62,782 nucleotides of DNA from Negaprion brevirostris (lineage: Eukaryota): contig JARDVH010000099.1 in NCBI GenBank assembly GCA_030324005.1, forward strand, positions 63,157,418 to 63,220,199, given 5' to 3'. This document shows positions 52,171-62,782 of this stretch, piece after piece. The notes beneath the pieces are model-generated. The model was not told where the DNA came from. It saw only the letters and a program-made list of their open reading frames with translations, and made no database searches. Positions within the stretch are counted from its first letter, which is position 1, and each line of letters starts with the position of its first letter. Made by a program: the position numbers and the translations under genes.

Positions 52171-53704
52171 GTGAGTGAATACAGCCTCACTGTGAAAAAG
52201 ATTGGCATGTGGCAACCCAGAATCATGTGCATCATGGTCAAATGCAACATGCTGCTTTTCTTACATTACTATGACAACACTAGCATTGAGACAACTTCTC
52301 CCATTTTCACCTACTCGGCATTTCTATTTTGCTCAAGGTTCTTACAACAGCCGGGAAATTCTGAATTTGTGTCAATTGGAGGGCAGTTTCATGCACTCAA
52401 CATNNNNNNNNNNGACAGTACTTTAAAAATATAAAGAAAAGCTCTCACGCCCATGTTCACAGGAAAGACTACTGGACATTGAGAATCTTCTTTAAAAATC
52501 AAATCTTTTTGCTCCACATACCCTTTCTGGATAACAAAGATTGACTTTAGACACTCCATCATGCATCAGCCAAAGACATACCCAACAGAAGAGAAGCATG
52601 GCCTCTAACTGGCGGCTGCTTGTTCCAAGTGGTAAATCAACTATCCTCTAATAAATCCTCTATAGAGTTAATAATTGGACCCTTGTCATGTGGACAGAAT
52701 TACATGAAACATAAAGCCTTGTACTGATACAACTTAGGATACTCAGGAAATATATACGGTGTCAAAATGCCATTCTCCCCCTTCAAATTCTCAGCATGTT
52801 GAAATCAAAACCCCAAATGAACGATTTCAGGTTATAAAAATCTCTCTAAAATTGTGGATATTGGAGTCCTGTTACCTTTGCATACCACTTTGTTTCTCTT
52901 TTCATATGTGACTCCTGGTTTTCACTGGAAGGAACACACGATCTGCTGTTTTTTCCTGAGTGCCCAAAAGTCCCCAACAAATTTAGGTATTACACGGGCA
53001 GTCACCGAGTCCATTTCTTCTGCATTAAGACGCCATCAATAGGACCAGCTCATCACAAAGGCCGCAGACTGTGTTATCAATGTAAAACCTCTCATCCTTT
53101 GTTAGCAGCTCGCGATTTCCTCCAACAAACTAAACGTTTTTAAGTTCCCATCGCCTACCCTGTACCTCTCTTGTCTATGATTTACAACGTTATCAATTTC
53201 TTTAATTCTATCACAGTACACAAGATACTAAAAATGAACTTCATTCAGAAAATTTGCTCTGGAATATTATTAGAAATGTCACAGATTTTAGTTGTTTTTA
53301 TCTTGGAAATTCAATTGAAATTCCAGTGTGTTACAGGATCCATAAATTGTGTTGCAAGTGCTTTGTTAATTTAACACATGGTTTTTCATATTTCTTTGAT
53401 CCCAGTCATCTTCAGGATGTTGGTTCTCTGTCTGGTCCAATTCCAGGAGCCTCTGAAAAGTGAAAATCTGGCAAAATCACTTGCAGTTAAGTTTAATGAC
53501 TAATATACAGTTTGGCTTTGGAATTATTACAACTCATTCATTTCTTTACCTATTTAATAAATTTGTTTGGCTGTTTTACAGAATTTACAGCAGAGGAATA
53601 GACCACTCAGACCTATGTTCTATGTTCAAGTTTATGCTCCACATCAGCCTCCTCTCATCCCACTTCATCGGCATAAGCTTCTTATTCCTTTCTATTTCCT
53701 TATT

Positions 53705-55615
53705 TACCTCTTCTTCTTGGATTGTTCCTCGTGAGTCGAGGATGACTTATTTCCACACATTTTAAAAATTAGTTCTCAGGTGAATGAGGAGTCCAAAGCG
53801 GCCTAGTTTCTGTTTGGGACAGATGGTGGTTGGAGGAGTGGGTGGGGTGCCTGGGGTGCCACACACTCCTTTCACCGTTGATCCTGAAACTCAAGGTGTT
53901 ACACTTCTTCCTGGATGCTTTTCCTCCACTTCTGGAGTCATGGGCCAGGGATTCCCAGGTGTTGAGGCAGATGTTGCACATTTTCCAAGGAGACTTTGAG
54001 GGTGTCCTTGAAACGTTTCCTCTGCCCTCCAGGGGCTCATTAGCCATGTCAAAGCTCAGAGTACAGCACTTGTTTTGGGAGGCATGCAGACAGTGTGGCC
54101 CAACCAGCAGAGCTGATTGAGTATGGTCAATGCTTTGATGCTAGGGATGATGGCCTGAGCAAGAACACTGATGTTGTGTGTATCTATCCCACCAATAGGT
54201 TTGCAGGATTTACAGAGGCAGTGTTAGTGGTACTTCTCCAGGATATTGAGGTGCCTGCTTTACATAGTCACATCTCTGAGCCATAAAGGAGGATGGGTAT
54301 CATTATTGCTGTGAAGACTATGAGCTTGGTACTGAGTCTTAGGTCCTCATCTTCAAACACTCTCTACCTCAGGCAACACAAGGCTGTGTTGGAACACCAA
54401 GGATGACATTGGTGTTGAAGCTAGTTGTTGATGACAAGGTATGGAAAGTGGTCCACATTGTCCAAGGTCTCGCTGTGGATTTTGATAATTGGGAGGCAGC
54501 ACTGCGTGTCGGGGGCAGGAGTAGGTTAGTAGAGGATTTTTTTGTCTTGTGGATGTCTGGTTCAAGGCCCGTGCTCTTGTACAGCTTGGTAAAGGTTCTG
54601 ATGATGGCTTGGAGTTCAGCCTCCGAGTGAACACAGGCTCAAGTGTCCTGTAGTTCAAAGGCAGAGGATAGAACATTGAACATTACAGCGCAGAACAGGC
54701 CCTTCGGCCCACAATGTTGTGCCGACCAGTTAAAAAGCAATGATCCTCTAATCTAAACCAAACCCTCTCCATCCCAAACTAGGCGCATTTACAACTGCAG
54801 CAGGCAGGGCATTCCAATCCCTCACCACCCTCAGTAAAGAACCTACCCCTGACATCCGTCCTATATCTACCACCCCTTAATTTAGAGCTATGCCCCCNNN
54901 NNNNNNNNNNNNNNNNNNNNNNNNNNNNNNNNNNNNNNNNNNNNNNNNNNNNNNNNNNNNNNNNNNNNNNNNNNNNNNNNNNNNNNNNNNNNNNNNNTCT
55001 TGCCTCCCAGAGAATCCTAGGGTAAATCCCGTCCGGCCCAGGGGACTTGTGGATGGAGTAACCTTGGACCTGGAGTAACCTTGGAGTTTGAACAGATTCT
55101 CATTTGTTCTGTAACTTAAATCCACTCCAGTGGGGAGCTTGCTGAGGGCAAAATGGAGCATAGCAATAAGGAAGATTAAAAAGGGCATTGGTGCGAATGA
55201 CACAGCCTTGCTTGACCCCGGTTCGAACGAGAATTGGGTGTGTGGCTCAGGATCATGGTTTGCATGTCACTGTGGAACAGGTGGAACATGGTGACAAACT
55301 TTTGGGGGCACACAAAACGGAGGTTGACAGTGTAAAAGGCATTCGTGCTGTCAAAGAATGCCACATAAAAGCTGTTCTTTGCACTTCTCCTGTAGTTTCC
55401 ATACAGTGAAGACTATGTCCATTTTGCCCCTTAGTGAGCCAAATCGGCATTGGGACTCAGGGAGGAGCTCTTCAGCCAAAGGCAGAAGGTGATTAAGGAG
55501 ATTTCTTGTGGCCGACAGTAGGGCAATTCCCCTGTAGTTACTGCAGTCAGATATGTCACCTTTCTTGAAGGCAGTTATGATGACGTTGTCTATATGATCT
55601 CCTAGCCTCTTCCCC
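53705..55615 (-). mobile_element. Decayed RTE-clade LINE with nested CR1 3' end (~54662 to the gap at 54898)
   Basis: AFFDSTNAFYTVN and GVKQGCV motifs; short (AAG)n tail. Confidence 0.85.
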
Positions 55616-56054
55616 TCCTTCCAGATAAGGGAAATGAGATCACATATTTATCTAGCTGCCCACTAAATGCATATCTGCTGTTGCCTCAACTACTCTTGTG
55701 TGAAAGTTGTTCAAAATCATGAGGGGACTGTTTTTGCTCATAAAAAGGATCAAGAATGAGAGGGCACAGATTTAAGGTGATTTGCAAAAGAAGCAAATGT
55801 GATGTAAAAAATTTTTTNNNNNNNNNNNNNNNNNNNNNNNNNNNNNNNNNNNNNNNNNNNNNNNNNNNNNNNNNNNNNNNNNNNNNNNNNNNNNNNNNNN
55901 NNNNNNNNNNNNNNNNNGTCTTCCCAAATATGTTCATCTAGTTCCATTTCAATACAATGTAACACAAATCCTTGTGCCAGCTCTGAATATTTTGTATTTT
56001 CTCAACGTTAACGCCCAATAAAAATAAGGCTTTGTGTCTTTCTTCATTTTGCAG

Positions 56055-56111
56055 GTGCCACAGAAGTTGAATACGCTGAAATCACAGTATTTAAAAAACC
56101 CCAAAACAGAG
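56055..56111 (+). CDS. ITIM-encoding exon (GATEVEYAEITVFKKPQNR), probable inhibitory immune receptor
   Basis: Strong acceptor tctttcttcattttgcag; VEYAEI (56066-56083) fits (S/I/V/L)xYxx(I/V/L); 57 nt phase 1-1 if GAG|GCATGT is the donor, otherwise stop at 56117-56119. Confidence 0.65.
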
Positions 56112-56744
56112 GCATGTAAATATTAATAATATTTGTGCATTTCTGTGCAAAACTGTGTGAATTTGTTGATGACAAGGTATTTCTTAACTGTTAATTTCAC
56201 TCGCGGAAGTGGCAGTTTAAAACTAAGAATTTCAGAGATTCACCACCCTCTGTGAAAATGAATTCCTACGGATCTTGTTTTTAAATGATCAACCTTTTAT
56301 CTCTTACCTATGTCCCCTTGTTTGAGACTCTTCCATAGTGAAATGATTTGCATCATCTACCCTCTCAAACCCCTCAGGATCTTATAAGTTTGAATAAGAG
56401 CGCACCTCAGCCCTTTAAAGTCCAAGGAGCACAGACTCAAATTATTTAGTCAGTCCTGAGAGGGCAAGTCTGTCATCTGGGGAATTAACCTGTCGAATCT
56501 TCTTTGGGCTGCATCCAATTTTACTATTTCATCTTGTAGGTAATTCACAGGATCCCCTGAAAGAGAAAACAAGTATATGGACATATCGAATGAATGTTAT
56601 TGAGCAATACTTTCGCTATTGAAGTCTCAGTACAATGAAAAACAATATGTTTGACTTTCTGTGGGCAATAATACCAAGGAACTATTTTCTGGAACTCTGC
56701 TAATGTAAAACAGTGTTTTATTCCTGTCATTTCCTCTCTTACAG

Positions 56745-56795
56745 CAGCTGACACAACAGATCCAAACGCGGAAGTGAATAAACCCACAAAAATTG
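56745..56795 (+). CDS. 51-nt exon (AADTTDPNAEVNKPTKIG), in frame with the ITIM exon
   Basis: Branch-like ctaat at ~56700, long pyrimidine tract, acag|cag acceptor, G|GTAGGT donor, phase 1-1. Confidence 0.6.
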
Positions 56796-56984
56796 GTAGG
56801 TGATTGGAAAAGTGCAAAAGCTTCTATTCAGATTTGCATTGCTAGATAACAGAAGACCTCTTAAATCCCAAACCATCAGGTTACTACGGATTTTCTGAAC
56901 CGCAATGTAAAAACACACATTAAAATGTAGCGAGTAGAAATATCTCACAAATGATAAAAGACCCTTATAAATTTTCTGAGGAAT

Positions 56985-57183
56985 GAATCATAGAATCACA
57001 GGACCCTATAGTGCAGAAAGAGGCCCTTCGGCCCATCGAGTCTGCACCGAACACAATCCCACCCAGGTCCAACCCCCATATCCCTACATATTACACCCAT
57101 TAATCCCTCTAACCTACGCATCCCTGGACACTAAGGGGCAATTTCTTAGCATGGTCAATCAACCTAACCCGCACATCTTTGGA
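56985..57183 (-). mobile_element. HE1 SINE 3' half
   Basis: Matches 22970-23522. Confidence 0.85.
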
Positions 57184-58129
57184 TAGAGGGCACTTGTTAA
57201 AGGCAAAAACCCAAAGAAACGTTCTTTATTAATCATGTAGGCATGCTAAAATATAACTGGACAGCTGGGCAGCTGAAAGCATTCCCTGACTGTGAGCGTA
57301 CTCAATGATACTACAACTAGAATTTAGAATTAACTAAAGAGTAAAAATCCCAAAAGCATAATAACTAACAAAAGCTCCCTGGTAAATGTTAGTTGACCAT
57401 TCATCTATTAAGCATATAACGAACCAGCCCAATCCTGTGACTTGCGATGCCCACACATGTGTACTTCTAACAGGGTCACTAGATGTTTGTCCTTCTTGTT
57501 TTAACCTCAATTAAAACTGACATTCTCTAGTTTTCTTTTTGTAAAACTGAGATTTCACCATCTCGTGCACAAACTGTCAGCGCTAAGTGAACCCCCCAAG
57601 AGACTTACTTTGAGAAAAAGTACAATATCTGTACAGCTCTTGAAATGCAAATGTTAAGTGACAGAAAATAACTTTAAATTGCTGTGAATTGCACAGCGTT
57701 TTAAGACACACAGGAAAACAACTCCTAACTTCCATGCATCGCATTCACAGCGATTTAATAATAAAGCTATAAGCTATAGGGACATTACTCAATTTTTGTC
57801 CATAAAACAGATTTAGAACATCTTACCTCTGTTAAGGATATGCTTTTTACAACCGTTGAGCCATTTGTTCAATATTACGGACCTTTTGTGGGAAAACCAA
57901 TGTTTTTATGGTGTATAGAAAATGCATCCGCTGTTTTTTATACATTGTGTATATTTATATTACAGTGAATCCCTTTAAGTGAATAATCAGCTTTCCACAC
58001 TATATTGCTACATTATCAAGAATTCATTCAAATTGTATTGGTGTACAATGCATTGCCAACTTGGAGGATTTTTGACAAATGTAACTTATAAAAAAAAAGT
58101 TATCACTCATCCTCCTATATTCCAAAAGC

Positions 58130-58420
58130 CTTCCATGGATACCTCATACCAGTTGGTAACAGCAGTGTTATGCAAGCCATGAGGTTCCAGATTCAATTCC
58201 CTGCTTGTGCTGATTCAACTTACCTCAGACAGATTTGTTCCAGTGGCCTTTGTATCCCACATCAGAGGAGGATAATTAGCCAAAGTTCCAGCTCCCGTTT
58301 GCTACGCAGCACCTGCTACTGGAAAATGATTTGTGATGAGGTCACAAGTGGTAAGGGTTTGGCATGGCAGTGATGCCCACTCCTCCTCTCCCATAGCTAA
58401 CAGCATTCACTGTTAAGAAA
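58130..58420 (+). mobile_element. LF-SINE-like ancient SINE
   Basis: ccagattcaattccctgcttgtgctga...aattagccaaagttccagctcc...tggcagtgatgccc; related decayed copies near 9100-9300, 28130-28440 and 57420-57500. Confidence 0.5.
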
Positions 58421-58554
58421 TGACACTTGGGCACCAGACAGCAGCCAGTGCCCATGTTCAAGAATGAGCAGCAGCAAGTTTCAAATGAAAATTTATTCCA
58501 AACCAAAATTTACCTTCTACTTCAACAACAAATGTTGAAAATGCTGATGAATTG

Positions 58555-59240
58555 TAGTGGATACAGGCAATCTTGGGAGGCCAGAATTGATTTCTGCCAT
58601 GACTAACCTTTTGAAGCACTTCATAATGATGGATGTCAGAGCCACCGGACGATACTCATTAAGGAACGTTGCCTGGTTTTGTTTTGGTACCAAGATAATG
58701 GTCGTCTTCTTGAAGCAGATAGGGACCTTAAATTGGTAGAAAAAGAAGTTGAAGATGTCTGCCAATACCCTCGCCAACTGTTCTGCGTAGAATCTGATGC
58801 TAGTACCCCATCCAAGGCAGTCACTTTCTGGGGGTTGATTTTCAAAAAGGCTGCTCTGATGTCCACAATGGTGACCTTAGATACAAGTTGGTCTGAGGTT
58901 TCCAATGTGAAGACTTCTTGCTCAAAACAGGCATAGAACGCATTGAGCTCATCAGGGAGGGGTGCATTGGTGCTAGCGATTTTATATGCCTTCATCTTGT
59001 TAGCCTGTTATGTCTTGCAGACCTTTCTGAAGTCAGCAGGACTCTGTGTGGCTAGCCTAGGACTCTAGCTTGGTCCAGTACCACCTTTTGGCATTTTTGA
59101 CAGATCTCTGTAGATTATATTTGGCTTTCTTATGTAGGTGACGGTCACCCGACTCGAATGCCTCAGACCTGGACTTCAGCAAGCAGTGGATATCCTTGTT
59201 CATCCATGGTTTCTGATTGGGAAACACATGGATTTGCCTC
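58555..59240 (-). mobile_element. Rex1/Babar LINE internal fragment
   Basis: LPDELNAFYACFEQ and EYRPVALTSIIMKCFKRL motifs. Confidence 0.9.
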
Positions 59241-59696
59241 TCATCCCCAGTTGGGAAGCCTAATAAGAGATGTTATCTCTGTTAGTCAACAATTCAAAAC
59301 ATTTCTGACAGGGCCCCAGGTAATCTGCCCATCCTAGATGCAGCCATTGATAGTTGAATTGGGAAGAGTTCTGAGAAAGGGAAGGAGCAGTATTTACCTT
59401 CAGACAGACACAAAGGAATGTATGAACTTATGGCCATTCTTTCCTTGTGCAAGAGAAAGTGGAAGATTTAGTTTTGATTTATATCAGAATCAAAATGCTC
59501 ACATCCAGCACAGATCCTGCAATGTACCTGTTAATGTACGTTAAGGGTAACTCTATGAATTAACCATTGCACTAACTTATCTATAAATAACCAAAATAAG
59601 CCTCAATTTTAGCTTCATACCATTTTGCAAAAGTAAGTTTCACCAAAGTAAGTTTAACGAGAGACAGAGTGGGTCCCTAAGGCTACACCACACAAC

Positions 59697-59952
59697 CATA
59701 GAAGAATTTCTACAGTGCAGAAAGAAGCCATCAGGCCCATTGAGTCTACACTGACTCTTCAAAAGAACAGCCCACCTAGGCCCTCCCCTCTGCCCTATCC
59801 CCATAACCCTGCACATTTTCCATGGCTAATCTATCTAACCCGGACATCTTTTGGACTGGAAGGAAATTGGAGCAGCCGGAGGAAACCTTCAAACTCCACA
59901 CAGTGACTGAAGCCCGGGGATTGAAGATTCAGATCATAATGTTGTGCACCGC
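59697..59952 (-). mobile_element. HE1-type SINE, decayed
   Basis: Tail and V-domain in reverse. Confidence 0.75.
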
Positions 59953-60059
59953 CTCCTTAAGTATCAGCAGTTAAATCTGGCAGGAGAGTGATTAAAGTTT
60001 GGGATAATATGGCCATTCAAGTTTTGTAAATTTGTTTTGATAACACAAATTGGAATATT

Positions 60060-61490
60060 TTTATGTGGGTTGCAGACAAGTGATATCTTTTTGTCTGCAG
60101 ATAATCCTCTTGATGTTGCAACTGAACTGAGCAGGTTTTTTTCTGCCGGTTTGAAAATTATCTTTAAGGAACAAGTGATTCTGCAGCAGGCTTCACTTCG
60201 TGCACCAGAAGGATCCCATGTTACTATCAATAAATGGGAGGTAGACAAGCAATTCAAGTGAGAGAATTCACAGAAAGCATGCAGTCCAGATCAGATCAGC
60301 AGAAAAATTCTTAAGGAATGTGCTCATCTGCTGGCAGTGCCTTTCTTTCTGGTCTTTCAGAAATTACTTGGCATGCATACTGTTCCTTGCTGCTGGGAAT
60401 CAGCCATCATTGTTCTGGCGCTAAGATGCCATGGCCTGCTAAGCGGAATGATTACCGACCAGTTGCTCTTATATCAATAGTCATGAAGTGTTGAGAGCAT
60501 TGTGTGAAAATGTCTTTTAATCCTCTTGCGCCACATATTGATCAGTTACAGTTTGCCCATCAACCTCGAGTCAGTGGACAATGCTGTCCTGACCTTGGTC
60601 TAACTGATCCAACAGCACAAGGATAGATTAAGGCAACTATGCTTGCACTGCCTTTGTTGATTTCTCTTCAGCTTTTAACATCATGCAACCATTGAAGCTT
60701 ATGAAAAATTGAAAAACCTTGACATTAGTCCCTTCTGTTCCTTCACAATGGGTGTTAGTTTCTGGGATTTTATTCTGAGTTGATGTTAATGAATATGGGA
60801 TCTCCTCAGGACTGTTATCTTTACTTTTCATTCTCGATACAAATGATTTTCGATCAGAATACAATCCTGGAGTATGCTGCTGACACGGTACTAACAGGAA
60901 TAGGAAAAGCAAATTAAACTTTAGGAACTTGTTGGAGAAGTTGAAGAATAACAATTCCCGTAACTGAAACAAAAACATGACGAAAAGCTAGTCACAGGCT
61001 TTAGGAAAAAGCCAGTTAATGATATTGTTCGCATGAAGATTCATGATGTAGACATTAAAATAGTTCTATTAGTATGTAGGTGTCAAACGAGATAAGTTGA
61101 ATTGGAAGGAACCATGTACATATGCATTGGCCAAAATGACATATATGTTTGTATTACCCCTGAAAATTTAATTCCTTTCAAGGAGATCCTACAATTATAA
61201 AACTGTTCTATACAGCTGTAGTTGAAAGCACTGCCCTTTTTTTCCACTGTTGTCTTAGGAAAGCAGCCTCTTTAATGGTATATAAATTACTAAACCAGGC
61301 CAGAAGGGTGTTTGATGGGTAGATCTTTCCTGACACAAGTAAAGAGTGTCATGAACAATGAGAGTCACCCCTTGTCTCAGCATTACTGTTGGTTGAGCTG
61401 AGAGAAAAGGATACAATGCCTCAGGTGTAGGACAAATTGGTTTTTGAACTTATTTGTGTCCTTCTCTAGAAGAACTTTTAACAGGAGTTT
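60060..61490 (+). mobile_element. Older, divergent Rex1/Babar-type LINE
   Basis: KILKECAHLLA, DYRPVALISIVMKC and FVDFSSAFNIMQP motifs. Confidence 0.75.
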
Positions 61491-61894
61491 GATGGATGGA
61501 TGAGGGTACATACTCAGGTGGGATTCACTGACTGATTATTTTAATGCATTGGAGAGTCTTTAAACACATATTTTAATTAAATTAGATTTGTGATAGGGAA
61601 ATTTTCTTTTTATGGTTATTATTCATTTATACATAACTTTTAATGCACGAGCAATGTACTCGAAATGAATTCCCATAAGGACATTTATTTCACATTAAGT
61701 GCAAGCATAATGAAAAAACATTGACTTTATTTAGATGGCCCAAGTACTAATTGCAATACTCAAGATCTGGATTGTGGATTTGGAGAAATGATTTTTTACT
61801 GAGATTTGCATTTCCTACAAAGGCAACAATTAAGAGAAAAGCAACCCCTAAAGATACCCGACTTTGGGAAACACTGTAATAGTAAGATAGAGGG

Positions 61895-62215
61895 TTGCAG
61901 ATGCTGTTGTTTGGAATAGGTGTCAAACTGAGGTCCCATCTGGCCTTTCAGGTGGACCTAAAGTATCCCATTTCAAAGAAAAATGGGGGAGCTATTCCTG
62001 GTGTCCTTGTCAACATTTATCCCTCAATCAACAAAACAAACACAAATTATCTGGTCATTATCCCATTGCTGTTTATGGGAGTTTTACTATGCAGATACTT
62101 GCTGCCACAATTCCTATAGTATAACAGTGGCTACACTTCAAAAATTCTTCAATGGTTGTAAAGTGCTTTGAAATGTTCAATAGTTGTGACAAGTGCTGTA
62201 TAAATGCAAGTCTTT
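61895..62215 (+). mobile_element. Deu-domain SINE with L2-type tail
   Basis: cctggtgtccttgtcaacatttatccctcaatcaac core and gtgctgtataaatgcaagtcttt tail. Confidence 0.8.
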
Positions 62216-62782
62216 AGGCTAATAACCAGAGAGTGTAGGTTTAAAGCAGCCGGTGGAAGGATTGGATGAGAGTCGGAGAGAATCCTTTTCACCTATAAGT
62301 TGCTGGGTGTCTGGAACTCACTGCCGTGAAAGGTTGTAGAGGTGGATCACTCTTTATGTTTAAAGTGTGCTTGGATATGCACTTGGAAGTGCCAGGCTAT
62401 GAGCCAAGAGCTGGAAAGTGGGATTAGTCTAAGTAGCTATTTTTCATTTGGAACAGGTATGATGGGCTGAATGACCCAGTGAGAAAGGTGCTGTAAATTT
62501 CTGTGATTTTATGCTTTCTTGCTGCTGAGGTAATGGTTGACTCAAAGAGGCCTGCTAAAATTGTCTATTTTTCAAATTCTTAATTGCTGTACTGGTCTAG
62601 ATGCACCTCTCTCCAGTTCAGATGCCCCCCTCAGCATTTAGGGTGAGATCCTAAATGAATATTTCTCATCAGTACTTACTGTTGAGAAAAGCATGGATGT
62701 TAGAGAACTTGGGGAAATAAATAGTGATGTCTTGAGGAATGTACATATTACAGAGGAGGTGATGCTGGAAGTCTTAAAGTGC
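62215..62782 (+). mobile_element. CR1 fragments (3' end ~62215-62510; ORF2 fragment ~62640-end)
   Basis: WNSLP motif; ILNEYFSSVLTVE motif at the window end. Confidence 0.75.

Noticed and set aside
53370-53454. Minus-strand terminal exon after ttttcacttttcag (RLLELDQTENQHPEDDWDQRNMKNHVLN*)
   Set aside because: Good acceptor, but no recognisable peptide and no convincing upstream partner; it would be antisense to the ITIM exons.
54425-56180. Identical 18-mer ttgttgatgacaaggtat at 54425 and 56163
   Set aside because: A single short AT-rich match with no flanking similarity; chance cannot be excluded.
57827-57882. Minus-strand 56-nt exon with GAG|GTAAGA donor
   Set aside because: Weak acceptor, unrecognised peptide, and partial resemblance to SINE tail sequence.

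Overview
This is repeat-dense, CpG-poor eukaryotic DNA from a gapped draft assembly. It is almost certainly from an elasmobranch (shark), judged by HE1/V-SINEs, many CR1 (HER1-like) LINEs, Rex1/Babar, RTE and L2 LINEs, Deu-domain and LF-SINE-like SINEs, Penelope-derived palindromes and three solo LTRs. There is no complete gene, and nearly all ORFs in the supplied track are decayed LINE fragments or noise. Two non-repeat signals stand out. (1) An intronless, disabled SBNO1 (strawberry notch 1) fragment at 50929-51617 is fused directly to a CR1 3' end and appears to sit inside a CR1 element, suggesting mRNA capture by template switching. (2) Three short phase-1 exons on the + strand (52147-52170, 56055-56111, 56745-56795) join in frame and encode an ITIM (VEYAEI). 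They are probably the cytoplasmic part of an inhibitory immune receptor, with a GC-AG donor and a NAGNAG acceptor. Also present are hammerhead-ribozyme cores in a Penelope fold-back, a multi-level nested transposon stack with resolvable TSDs, and weaker candidate first exons and promoters. Family assignments come from recalled motifs, not database searches, and repeat boundaries are approximate.
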